Below are positions 34,790 through 47,868 of a stretch of 64,000 bases of DNA, one piece after another; the first letter of the stretch is position 1, and the number at the start of each line of letters is the position of its first letter. Under the pieces are notes generated by a model. It was not told the origin of the DNA and did no database searches. It saw only the letters and a program-made list of their open reading frames with translations. The position numbers and the translations under genes were made by a program. Source of the stretch: Macrostomum lignano (taxonomy: Eukaryota); assembly GCA_002269645.1 (NCBI GenBank), contig NIVC01003031.1:60347-124346 (forward strand), written 5' to 3'.

Positions 34790-36640
34790 TTAAATGAGGC
34801 TTCTATGATTGTTTACATGACGCTTCTATGATTGTTTACATGACGCTTCTATGATTGTTTACATGACGCTTCTATGATTGTTTACATGACGCTTCTATGA
34901 TTTTTTACATGACGCTTCTATGATTGTTTACATGACGCTTCTATGATTTTTTAAATGACGCTTCTATGATTGTTTACATGGCGCTTCTATGATTGTTTAC
35001 ATGACGCTTCTATGATTTTTTACATGGCGCTTCTATGATTGTTTACATGACGCTTCTATGATTTTTTAAATGACGCTTCTATGATTGTTTACATGGCGCT
35101 TCTATGATTGTTTACATGACGCTTCTATGATTTTTTAAATGACGCTTCTATGATTTTTTCATGACGCTGCTACGATTTTTTACATGACGCTTCTATGATT
35201 GTTTAAATGACGCTTCTATGATTGTTTACATGACGCTTCTATGATTGTTTACATGACGCTTCTATGATTGTTTACATGACGCTTCTATGATTGTTTACAT
35301 GACGCTTCTATGATTGTTTACATGACGCTTCTATGATTGTTTACATGACGCTTCTATGATTGTTTACATGACGCTTCTATGATTTTTTACATGACGCTTC
35401 TACGATTTTTACATGACGCTTCTATGATTTTTTAAATGACGCTTCTATGATTGTTTACATGACGCTTCTACGATTCTTTACATGACGCTTCTATGATTTT
35501 TTTACATGACACTTCTATGATTGTTTACATGACGCTTCTATGATTTTTACATGACGCTTCTATGATTGTTTACATGACGCTTCTATGATTGTTTACATGA
35601 CGCTTCTATGATTGTTTACATGACGCTTCTATGATTGTTTACATGACGCTTCTATGATTGTTTATATGACGCTTCTATGATTGTTTACATGACGCTTCTA
35701 TGATTGTTTACATGACGCTTCTATGATTTTTTACATGACGCTTCTATGATTGTTTACATGACGCTTCTATGATTGTTTACATGACGCTTCTATGATTTTT
35801 TACATGACGCTTCTACGATTTTTACATGACGCTTCTATGATTTTTTAAATGACGCTTCTATGATTGTTTACATGACGCTTCTACGATTCTTTACATGACG
35901 CTTCTATGATTTTTTTACATGACACTTCTATGATTGTTTACATGACGCTTCTATGATTTTTACATGACGCTTCTATGATTGTTTACATGACGCTTCTATG
36001 ATTGTTTACATGACGCTTCTATGATTGTTTACATGACGCTTCTATGATTGTTTACATGACGCTTCTATGATTGTTTACATGACGCTTCTATGATTGTTTA
36101 CATGACGCTTCTATGATTGTTTACATGACGCTTCTATGATTTTTTACATGACGCTTCTATGATTGTTTACATGACGCTTCTATGATTGTTTACATGACGC
36201 TTCTATGATTTTTTACATGACGCTTCTACGATTTTTACATGACGCTTCTATGATTTTTTAAATGACGCTTCTATGATTGTTTACATGACGCTTCTACGAT
36301 TCTTTACATGACGCTTCTATGATTTTTTAAATGACGCTTCTATGATTTTTTCATGACGCTGCTACGATTTTTTACATGACGCTTCTATGATTGTTTACAT
36401 GACGCTTCTATGATTGTTTACATGACGCTTCTATGATTGTTTACATGACGCTTCTATGATTGTTTACATGACGCTTCTATGATTGTTTACATGACGCTTC
36501 TATGATTGTTTACATGACGCTTCTATGATTGTTTACATGACGCTTCTATGATTTTTTACATGACGCTTCTATGATTGTTTACATGACGCTTCTATGATTG
36601 TTTACATGACGCTTCTATGATTTTTTACATGACGCTTCTT
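34790..36640. repeat. 23-bp satellite A (catgacgcttctatgattgttta)n
   Basis: About 80 highly homogeneous units. Confidence 0.97.
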
Positions 36641-37419
36641 TTTAAAAAGTCTTTTAGTTTTCCTGACGTTGAAAAGCTTTAATTAAAAAAATTATACTCT
36701 ATGAAAATTCGAACCATCGTCTCTGCATTTAGCTGTTCAGTTTGTTCACCTCTAGGCTAGCTCTCATCGTTTTGATAACATCAACTTTTGCACTTATATA
36801 ATTCAACACTTTAAAATCCAAGCATAGAGTAAATCACACGAAGCAGTTATGACATAATCAGTTTTTCAGTCAGTCGGTATCAGTTAACAATATGGTTACG
36901 CAATTTAAATCAAGTCTGGTGCTACGCTTTCACACTGCATTTCCAATTCAAGTCGGAGTTACAATTCAGTTATGATGCAATCTATTTCAGAATCAGAATT
37001 CAACCAGTAAGTTTTTTCTCTAGCATTCTTACAATGCATTTCAAGTCGAAAAGTTTGCTTGACCTTTGCAAAAAAGCATGTTTTTCGAATATTTAATGCC
37101 TTTAGCATCGAGCAATTTCTTAGCCACGATGCATGTACCGTCACGGGAAAATTTCTGATCGAACAGTGCAAGTTCGAACAAAATCGGTCCAGCCATTTTT
37201 TCTCTAATCGATCACATAGATAGATAGATAGATAGATAGACACAGACAGACCATTTTTAGTATATAGGACTAGCAATCTTCGCCCCCCGATGGGGGACAT
37301 CTGGATAGAATCTCTGTTCTCTACAAGTAACAAAAAGACAGCCAAAAAATCCTTCACAAAGACAACAGACAAACTGCTCAAATGAAGTGAATTGCAATAA
37401 GAAATCTTCCCAAGACCAC

Positions 37420-37990
37420 AAGCATCCCCCAGATAGCAAGCATTTTCCAGATAGCAAGCATCCCTCAAATAGCAAGCATCCCCCAGATAGCAAGCATCCC
37501 CCAGATAGCAAGCATCCCCCAGATAGCAAGCATCCCCCAGATAGCAAACATCCCCCAGATAGCAAGCATTCCCCAGATAGCAAGCATTCCCCAGATAGCA
37601 AACATTCCCCAGATAGCAAGCATTCCCCAGATAGCAAGCATCCCTCAGATAGCAAGCATACCCCAAATAGCAAGCATCCCTCAGATAGCAAGCATCCCTC
37701 AGATAGCAAGCATCCCCCAGATAGCAAGCATCACTCAGATAGCAAGCATCCCTCAGATAGCAAGCATCCACCAGATAGCAAGCATCCCCAGATAGCAAGC
37801 ATCACTCAGATAGCAAGCATCCCTCAGATAGCAAGCATCCACCAGATAGCAAGCATCCCTCAGATAGCAAGCATCCCCAAATTGCAAGCATCGCCCAGAT
37901 AGCAAGCATCCCCCAGAAAGCAAGCATCCTCCAAATAGCAAGCATCCCCCAGATAGATAGCATCCCCAAATAGCAACCATCCACCAGACA
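37420..37990. repeat. 18-bp minisatellite (agatagcaagcatccccc)n; related arrays at 23610-23861, 27211-27560 and 41540-41640
   Basis: 6-residue periodicity (DSKHPP / GDACYL) in the ORF track. Confidence 0.95.
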
Positions 37991-38084
37991 ATAAGTAGCT
38001 AGAGCGACAATTTCCTTAGCTTTATAGTGGCTCCTTTAAATTGGCATGGCGCTTTATACCTTTACATTTGGAATTGTATATCTT

Positions 38085-40795
38085 GAATGTTTGATATGGT
38101 GGCTCTTTTATGTTTGACATAGTGGCTCTTCTATGTTTGACATGGTGGCTCTTCTATGTTTGACATGGTGGCTCTTTTATGTTTGACATGGTGGCTCTTT
38201 TATGTTTGACATGGTGGCTCTTTTATGTTTGACATGGTGGCTCTTTTATGTTTGACATAGTGGCTCTTCTATGTTTGACATGGTGGCTTTTTTATGTTTG
38301 ACATAGTGGCTCTTCTATGTTTGACATGGTGGCTTTTTTAGGTTTGACATGGTGGCTCTTTTATGTTTGACATGTTGGCTTTTTAATGTTCGACATGTTG
38401 GCTTTTTAATGTTCGACATGGTGGCTCTTTAATGTTCGACATGGTGGCTTTTTAATGTTCGACATGGTGGCTCTTTTAGGTTTGAAATGGTGGCTCCTTA
38501 ATTTTCGAAATGGTGGCTCTTTTATGTTCGACATGGTGGCTCTTTAATGTTCGACATGGTGGCTCTTTAATGTTCTTAATGGTGTCTGTTTTATGTTTGA
38601 CATGGTGGCTCTTTAATGTTCGACATGGTGGCTCTTTAATTTTTGAAATGGTAACTCTTTTATGTTTGATATGGTGGCACTTTAATGTTCGACATGGTGG
38701 CTCTTTAATGTTTGATAAGGTGGCTCTTTAATGTTCGACATGGTGGCTTTTTAATGTTTGACATGGTGGCTCTTTAATGTTCTTAATGGTGGCTCTTTAA
38801 TGTTTGACATGGTGGCTCTTTAATTTTTGAAATGGTGGCTGTTTTATGTTCGACATGGTGGCTCTTTAATTTTTAACATGGTGACTCTTTTATGTTCGAT
38901 ATGGTGGCTCTTTTATGTTTGACATAGTGGCTCCTTTAGGTTTGAAATGGTGGCTCCTTAATTTTCGAAATGGTGGCTCTTTTATGTTTGACATGGTGGC
39001 TCTTTAATGTTCGACATGGTGGCTCTTTAATGTTCGACATGGTGGCTCTTTAATGTTCTTAATGGTGTCTGTTTTATGTTCGACATGGTGGCTCCTTTAG
39101 GTTTGAAATGGTGGCTCTTTAATGTTTGACATTGTGGCTCTTTAATATTTGACAAGGTGGCTCTTTAATGTTCGACATGGTGGCTCCTTAATTTTCGAAA
39201 TGGTGGCTCCTTAATTTTCGAAATGGTGGCTGTTTTATGTTTGACATGGTGGCTCTTTAATGTTCGACATGGTGGCTCTTTAATGTTCGACATGGTGGCT
39301 CTTTAATGTTCTTAATGGTGTCTGTTTTATGTTCGACATGGTGGCTCTTTTATGTTTCACATGGTGGCTCTTTAATGTTCGACATGGTGGCTCCTTTAGG
39401 TTTGAAATTTTGGCTCTTTAATGTTTGACATTGTGGCTCTTTAATGTTTGACATGGTGGCTTTTTAATGTTCGACATGGTGGCTCTTTTAGGTTTGAAAC
39501 GGTGGCTCTTTAATGTTTGACATGGTGACTCTTTAATGTTTGACATGGTGGCTCTTGTATGTTCGACATGGTGGCTCCTTTAGGTTTGAAATGGTGGCTC
39601 TTTAATGTTTGACATTGTGGCTTTTTAATGTTTGACATGGTGGCTTCTTAATGTTTGACATGGTGGCTCTTTTAGGTTTGAAATGGTGGCTCTTTAATAT
39701 TTGACATGGTGGCTTTTTAATGTTTGACATGGTGGCTCTTTTAGATTTGAAATGGTGGGTGTTTAATGCTTGACAATGTGGCTCTTTAATGTTTGACATG
39801 GCTGCTCTTTAATGTTCGATATGGTGGCTCTTTAATGTTTGACATGGTAACTCTTTTATGTTTGATATGGTGGCTCTTTTATGTTCAACATGGTGGCTCT
39901 TTAATGTTTGACATGGTGGCTTTTGAATGTTCGACATGGTGGCTCTTTAATGTTTGACATGGTGGCTCTTTTAGGTTTGAAATGGTGGCTCTTTAATGTT
40001 CTACATGGTAACTCTTTTATGTTTGATACGGTGGCTTTTTAATGTCTGACATGTTGTCTCTTTTATGTTTGACATGGTGGCTCTTTAATGTTTGACATGG
40101 TAACTCTTTTATGTTTGATATGGTGGCTCTTTTATGTTCGACATGGTGGCTCTTTAATGTTCGACATGGTGGCTCCTTTAGGTTTGAAATGGTGGCTCTT
40201 TAATGTTTGACATTGTGGCTCTTTTATGTTCGACATGGTGGCTCTTAAATGTTTGACATGGTGGCTCTTTAATGTTTCACATGGTGGCTCTTTAATATTT
40301 GACATAAAGTCACATATATGTTTGACATGGTGGCTCCAAATGTTTGACATGGTGGCTCTTTATGTTTGACATAGTGGCTCTTTTATGTTCGACATGGTGG
40401 ATCTTTTTTGTTCTACATGGTAACTCTTTTATGTTTGATACGGTGGCTTTTTAATGTCTGACATGTTGGCTCTTTTATGTTTGACATGGTGGCTCTTTAA
40501 TGTTCGACAAAGTGGCTCTTTTATGTTTGACATGGTGGCTCTTAATTGTTTGACATAGTGGCTCTTTAATGTTCAAAATGGTGGCTCTTTAATGTTTGAA
40601 ATGGTGGCTCTTTAATGTTCGAAATGGTGGCTGTTTTATGTTTGACATGGTGGCTCTTTTATGTTTGACATGGTGGCTCTTTAATGTTCGACATGGTTGC
40701 TCTTTAATGTTCGACATGGTAGCTCTTTTATGTTTGACATGGTAACTCTTTTATGTTCGATATGTTGGCTCTTCTATGTTTGACATTGCGCTTCT
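38085..40795. repeat. 23-bp satellite B (gacatggtggctctttaatgttt)n
   Basis: About 118 units. Confidence 0.97.
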
Positions 40796-40852
40796 TTGAT
40801 GTTTAGCAGTTTTGTTGTGTTTTTAAGGTGTTTTAATAAAAAAAATATTTTT

Positions 40853-40919
40853 GCACTACTGAGATTCGAACCCAGGTCGCTACATTAGCATTCCAGTCTG
40901 TTCGCATCAGGGCTATCTC
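40853..40919 (-). ncRNA. tRNA-like Pol III segment (second copy)
   Basis: Nearly identical to 47318-47384; B box GGTTCGAATC followed by a T8 run. Confidence 0.55.
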
Positions 40920-41724
40920 TTTTCAATTGGAGAACATGAATTGTGGCCCTTATAATTCAATTCTTACAGCAAGTCAATTGGAGTAAAAAGTTATGACATA
41001 ATCAATTTCTCAGTCAGCCAGTATCAGTCTCAATTTAAGTTAGCAATATGGTTACGCAATTTCAATCAAGTCGTGTGTGCATTTCTTCGGCACTGTTTTC
41101 AACTTGTTGTGATGCAATCTTTAGCACAATCGGAATTCAGTCAGTCAGTTTTTTCTCTAGCATTCTTACAATGCATTTCAAGTCGAAAATTTGGCTTGAC
41201 CTTTGCAAAAAAGCATGTTTATCGAATATTTAATCCCTTTAACATTGAGCAATTTCTTAGCCAGGATGCATGTACCGTGCCAGGAAAATTTCTGATCAAA
41301 TGGTGCAAGTTTGAAGAAAATCGGTTGAGCCAATTTTTCTGAAATCTATCGCATACCGACAGACAACTCATTTTTAGTATATAGGACTAGCAATCTTCGC
41401 CCCCCGATGGGGGACATCTGGATAGAATCTCTGTTCTCTACACGGATCAAAAACACATCCAAATAAAGCCTTCACAAAGACAATATACAAACTGCTCAAA
41501 TGAAGAGCAATGCGAAAAGAAAACATCCCAAGACAGCATGCAAGCATCCCCCCCAGATAGCAAGCACCCCCAGATAGCAAGCACCCCCCCCCATAGCAAG
41601 CATCCAATTGATAGCAAGCATCCACCAGACAATAAGTATCTAGTGCAACAATTTTCTTAGCTTTATGGTGGCTTCTTTATGATTGGCATGACGCTTCTTT
41701 TTACGTTTGTAATTGTCTCTTTTA

Positions 41725-44700
41725 TGTTTGGCATGGTGGCTCTTTTATGTTTGACATGGTGGCTCTTTAATGTTTGACATGGTGGCTCTTTTATGTTTTA
41801 CATGGTGGGTCTTTAATGTTCGACATGATGGCTCTTTAATGTTTGACATGGAGTCACAAATATGTTTGACCTGGTGGCACTTTACTGTCTGCAATGATGG
41901 CTCTTTAATGTTTGACATGGAGTCACGTATACGCTTGACATGGTGACTCGTTAATGTTTGACATGGTGGCTCTTTAACGTTCGACATGGTGGCTCTTTAA
42001 TGTTAGACATGGTGGCTCTTTAATGTTCGACATAGAGTCACATATATGTTAGACATGGTGGCTCTTTAATGTTCGACATGGAGTCACATATATTTTAGAC
42101 ATGGTGGCTCTTTAATGTTGGACATGGTGGCTTTTTAATGTTCGACATGGTGACACTTTAATGTCTGAAATGATGGCTCTTTAATGTTTGACATGGAGTC
42201 ACGTATACGCTTGACATGGTGACTCGTTAATGTTTGACATGGTGGCTCTTTAACGTTCGACATGGTGGCTCTTTAATGTTAGACATGGTGGCTCTTTAAT
42301 GTTTTACATGGTGGCTCTTTTATGTTCGACATGGTGGCTCTTTTATGCTTGACATGGTGGCTCTTTAATGTTTGACATGGAGTCACATATATGTTGGACA
42401 TGGTGGCTCTTTAATGTTGGACATGGTGGCTCTTTAATGTTAGACATGGTGGCTCTTTAAATTTTTTTCATGGTGGCTCTTAAATGTTTGACATGGTGGC
42501 TCTTTATTATTTGACATGGTGGCTCTTTAATGTTTGACATGGTGGTTCTTTAATGTTCGACATGGTGGCTCTTTAATGTTCGACGTGGTGGCTCTTTAAT
42601 CTTCGACAAAGTGGCTCATTTACGTTTGACATGGTGGCTCTTTAATGTTTGACATGGTGGCTCTTTAATGTTTGACATTGTAGCTCTTAAATGTTCGACA
42701 TGGTGGTTCTTTTACGTTTGACATGGTGGCTCTTTAATGTTTGACATTGTAGCTCTTAAATGTTCGACATGGTGGTTCTTTTACGTTTGACATGGTGGCT
42801 CTTTAATTTTCGACATGGTGGCTCTTTAATGTTCGACGTGGTGGCTCTTTAATCTTCGACAAAGTGGCTCATTTACGTTTGACATGGTGGCTCTTTAATG
42901 TTTGACATGGTGGCTCTTTAATGTTTGACATTGTAGCTCTTAAATGTTCGACATGGTGGTTCTTTTACGTTTGACATGGTGGCTCTTTAATGTTTGACAT
43001 TGTAGCTCTTAAATGTTCGACATGGTGGTTCTTTTACGTTTGACATGGTGGCTCTTTAATTTTCGACATGTTGGCTCTTTTATGTTTGACATGGTAGCTC
43101 TTTAATTTTCGACAAAGTGGCTCTTTAATGTTTGACATGGTGGCTCGTTAATGTTTGACATGGTGGCTCTTTAATGTTTGACATGGTGGCTCTTTTATGT
43201 TTTACATGGTGGGTCTTTAATGTTCGACATGATGGCTCTTTAATGTTTGACATGGTGGCTCTTTAATGTTTTACATGGTGGCTCTTTTATGTTCAATATG
43301 GTGGCTCTTTAACGTTCGACATAGTGGCTCTTTAATGTTCGACTTGGAGTCACATATATGTTAGACATGGTGGCTCTTTAATGTTGGACATGGTGGCTTT
43401 TTAATGTTCGACATGGTGACACTTTAATGTCTGAAATAATGGCTCTTTAATGTTTGACATGGAGTCACGTATACGCTTGACATGGTGACTCGTTAATGTT
43501 TGACATGGTGGCTCTTTAACGTTCGACATGGTGGCTCTTTAATGTTAGACATGGTGGCTCTTTAATGTTTTACATGGTGGCTCTTTTATGTTCGACATGG
43601 TGGCTCTTAAATGTTTGACATGGTGGCTCTTTATTATTTGACATGGTGGCTCTTTAATGTTTGACATGGTGGTTCTTTAATGTTCGACATGGTGGCTCTT
43701 TAATATTCGACGTGGTGGCTCTTTAATGTTCGACAAAGTGGCTCCTTTATGTTTGACATGGTGGCTCTTTAATGTTTGACATGGTGGCTCTTTAATGTTT
43801 GACATTGTAGCTCTTAAATGTTCGACATGGTGGTTCTTTTACGTTTGACATGGTGGCTCTTTAATTTTCGACATGTTGGCTCTTTTATGTTTGACATGGT
43901 AGCTCTTTAATTTTCGACAAAGTGGCTCTTTAATGTTTGACATGGTGGCTCGTTAATGTTTGACATGGTAGCTCTTTAATGTTCGATGTGGTGGCTGTTT
44001 AATGTTCGACAGAGTGGCTCTTTAATGTTTGACATGGTGGCTCTTTAATGTTTGACATGGTGGCTCGTTAATGTTTGACATGGTGGCTCTTTAATGTTTG
44101 ATATGGTGGCTCTTTTATGTTTGACATGGTGGCTCTTTAATGTTCGACATGATGGCTCTTTAATGTTTGACATGGTGGCTCTTTAATGTTTGACCTGGTG
44201 GCACTTTACTGTCTGCAATGATGGCTCTTTAATGTTTGACATGGAGTCACGTATACGCTTGACATGGTGACTCGTTAATGTTTGACATGGTGGCTCTTTA
44301 ATGTTTTACACGGTGGCTCTTTTATGTTCAATATGGTGGCTCTTTAACGTTCGACATGGTGGCTCTTTAATGTTCGACTTGGAGTCACATATATGTTAGA
44401 CATGGTGGCTCTTTAATGTTGGACATGGTGGCTTTTTAATGTTCGACATGGTGACACTTTAATGTCTGAAATAATGGCTCTTTAATGTTTGACATGGAGT
44501 CACGTATACGCTTGACATGGTGACTCGTTAATGTTTGACATGGTGGCTCTTTAACGTTCGACATGGTGGCTCTTTAATGTTAGACATGGTGGCTCTTTAA
44601 TGTTTTACATGGTGGCTCTTTTATGTTCGACATGGTGGCTCTTAAATGTTTGACATGGTGGCTCTTTATTATTTGACATGGTGGCTCTTTAATGTTTGAC

Positions 44701-47265
44701 ATGGTGGTTCTTTAATGTTCGACATGGTGGCTCTTTAATGTTCGACGTGGTGGCTCTTTAATGTTCGACAAAGTGGCTCCTTTATGTTTGACATGGTGGC
44801 TCTTTAATGTTTGACATGGTGGCTCTTTAATGTTTGACATTGTAGCTCTTAAATGTTCGACATGGTGGTTCTTTTACGTTTGACATGGTGGCTCTTTAAT
44901 TTTCGACATGTTGGCTCTTTTATGTTTGACATGGTAGCTCGTTAATGTTTGACATGGTAGCTCTTTAATGTTCGATGTGGTGGCTGTTTAATGTTCGACA
45001 GAGTGGCTCTTTAATGTTTGACATGGTGGCTCTTTAATGTTTGACATGGTAGCTCTTTAATTTTCGACATGTCGGCTCTTTTATGTTTGACATGGTGCCT
45101 CTTTAATGTTTGACATGGTAGCTCTTTAATTTTCGACATGTCGGCTCTTTTATGTTTGACATGGTAGCTCTTTAATGTTCGACAAAGTGGTTCTTTATTG
45201 TTAGACATGGTGGCTCTTTTATGTTTGACATGGTGGCTTTTTCACGTTCGACGTGGTGGCTCTTTAAAGTTTGACATGGTGGCTTTTTTATGTTTGACAT
45301 GGTAGCTCTTTAATGTTCGACATGGTGGCTCTTTTAAGTATGACAAAGTGGCTCTTTAATTTTTGACATGGTGGCTCTTTAATGTTTGACATGGTGGCTC
45401 TTTAATGTTCGACATGTCGGTTCTTTTACGTTTGACATGGTGGCTCTTTAATGTTCGACATGGTGGTTCTTTTACGTTTGACATGGTGGCTCCTTAATGT
45501 TCGACATGTCGGTTCTTTTACGTTTGACATGGTGGCTCGTTAATGTTTGACATGGTAGCTCTTTAATGTTTGACATGGTAGCTCTTTAATGTTCGATGTG
45601 GTGGCTGTTTAATGTTCGACAGAGTGGCTCTTTAATGTTTGACATGGTGGCTCTTTAATGTTTGACATGGTGGCTCGTTAATGTTTGACATGGTGGCTCT
45701 TTAATGTTTGATATGGTGGCTCTTTTATGTTTGACATGGTGGCTCTTTAATGTTCGACATGATGGCTCTTTAATGTTTGACATGGTGGCTCTTTAATGTT
45801 TGACCTGGTGGCACTTTACTGTCTGCAATGATGGCTCTTTAATGTTTGACATGGAGTCACGTATACGCTTGACATGGTGACTCGTTAATGTTTGACATGG
45901 TGGCTCTTTAATGTTTTACACGGTGGCTCTTTTATGTTCAATATGGTGGCTCTTTAACGTTCGACATGGTGGCTCTTTAATGTTCGACTTGGAGTCACAT
46001 ATATGTTAGACATGGTGGCTCTTTAATGTTGGACATGGTGGCTTTTTAATGTTCGACATGGTGACACTTTAATGTCTGAAATAATGGCTCTTTAATGTTT
46101 GACATGGAGTCACGTATACGCTTGACATGGTGACTCGTTAATGTTTGACATGGTGGCTCTTTAACGTTCGACATGGTGGCTCTTTAATGTTAGACATGGT
46201 GGCTCTTTAATGTTTTACATGGTGGCTCTTTTATGTTCGACATGGTGGCTCTTAAATGTTTGACATGGTGGCTCTTTATTATTTGACATGGTGGCTCTTT
46301 AATGTTTGACATGGTGGCTCTTTAATGTTTGACATGGTGGCTCTTTAATGTTTGACATTGTAGCTCTTAAATGTTCGACATGGTGGTTCTTTTACGTTTG
46401 ACATGGTGGCTCTTTAATTTTCGACATGTTGGCTCTTTTATGTTTGACATGGTAGCTCGTTAATGTTTGACATGGTAGCTCTTTAATGTTCGATGTGGTG
46501 GCTGTTTAATGTTCGACAGAGTGGCTCTTTAATGTTTGACATGGTGGCTCTTTAATGTTTGACATGGTAGCTCTTTAATTTTCGACATGTCGGCTCTTTT
46601 ATGTTTGACATGGTGCCTCTTTAATGTTTGACATGGTAGCTCTTTAATTTTCGACATGTCGGCTCTTTTATGTTTGACATGGTAGCTCTTTAATGTTCGA
46701 CAAAGTGGTTCTTTATTGTTAGACATGGTGGCTCTTTTATGTTTGACATGGTGGCTTTTTCACGTTCGACGTGGTGGCTCTTTAAAGTTTGACATGGTGG
46801 CTTTTTTATGTTTGACATGGTAGCTCTTTAATGTTCGACATGGTGGCTCTTTTAAGTATGACAAAGTGGCTCTTTAATTTTTGACATGGTGGCTCTTTAA
46901 TGTTTGACATGGTGGCTCTTTAATGTTCGACATGTCGGTTCTTTTACGTTTGACATGGTGGCTCTTTAATGTTCGACATGGTGGTTCTTTTACGTTTGAC
47001 ATGGTGGCTCCTTAATGTTCGACATGTCGGTTCTTTTACGTTTGACATGGTGGCTCGTTAATGTTTGACATGGTAGCTCTTTAATGTTTGACATGGTAGG
47101 TCTTTTATATTCGACATGGTGGCTCTTTAATGTTTGACATGGAGTCACAAATATGTTTGACATGGTGGCTTTTTAATGCTTGACATGGTGGCTCGTTTAT
47201 GTTTGGCATGGTGGCTCTTTAATGTTCGACATGGTGCCACTGATATGTTTGACATTGTGCTTCTT
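41725..47265. repeat. 23-bp satellite B with higher-order duplication (1610/1518-bp offsets)
   Basis: Variant unit gagtcacgtatacg recurs at 44244/45854 and 44497/46107 (70 units apart); identical ORFs at 45011 and 46529 (66 units apart). Confidence 0.95.
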
Positions 47266-47317
47266 TTATGTGTAGCAGTTTCATGTTTTCAAGGTGTTTT
47301 AATAAAAAAATTATTTT

Positions 47318-47384
47318 GCACTACTAAGATTCGAACCCAGGTCGCTACATTAGCATTCCAGTCTGTTCGCATCTGGGCTATCTC
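47318..47384 (-). ncRNA. tRNA-like Pol III segment (third clear copy)
   Basis: GAGATAGCCCAGATGCGAACAGACTGGAATGCTAATGTAGCGACCTGGGTTCGAATCTTAGTAGTGC, then a T8 run. Confidence 0.55.
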
Positions 47385-47868
47385 TTTTCAATTGGAGTAC
47401 ATCAATTGTGGCCCTTATAATTCAATTCTTACAGCAAGTCAATTAGAGTAAAAAGTTATGACATAATCAATTTCTCAGTCAGCCAGTATCAGTTTCAATT
47501 CAAGTTAGCAATATTGGTTACGCAATTTAAATCAAGTCGTGTGTGCATTTCTTCGGCACTGTTTTCTACTTGTTGTGATGCAATCTTTATCAGAATTGAA
47601 ATTCAGTCAGTCAGGTTTTTTTCTAGCATTCTTACAATGCATTTCAAGTCGAAAATTTTGCTTGACCTTTGCAAAAAAGCATGTTTTTCGAATATTTAAT
47701 CCCTTTAATATATAGCAATTTCTTAGCCAAGATGCATGTACCGTCCCAGGAAAATTTCTGATCGAATGGTGCAAGTTTGAAGAAAATCGGTTGAGCCAAT
47801 TTTTCTGAAATCTATCGCATACCCACAGACAACTCATTTTTAGTATATAGGATTTTTAGTATATTGGA

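Larger units (their letters stand above)
34072..37269 (-). mobile_element. Helitron-type unit 3 (23-bp array A)
   Basis: CTAG plus cccccgttgggg hairpin at 34072; (GATA/GACA)n and 5'-TCCTATATACTAAAA at 37269; degenerate tRNA-like copy near 36695-36765. Confidence 0.78.
37270..41386 (-). mobile_element. Helitron-type unit 4 (18-bp array plus 23-bp array B)
   Basis: ctagcaatcttcgccccccgatggggg 3' end; tRNA-like copy 40853-40919; conserved 5' block ending at TC 41386. Confidence 0.8.
41387..47868 (-). mobile_element. Helitron-type unit 5 (5.5-kb 23-bp array B)
   Basis: Same 3' end as unit 4; tRNA-like copy 47318-47384; conserved 5' block. Confidence 0.8.

Noticed and set aside
34790-47265. Possible CRISPR arrays (regular 23-bp repeats)
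   Set aside because: The repeats are contiguous with no unique spacers and no cas genes, and the context is eukaryotic.
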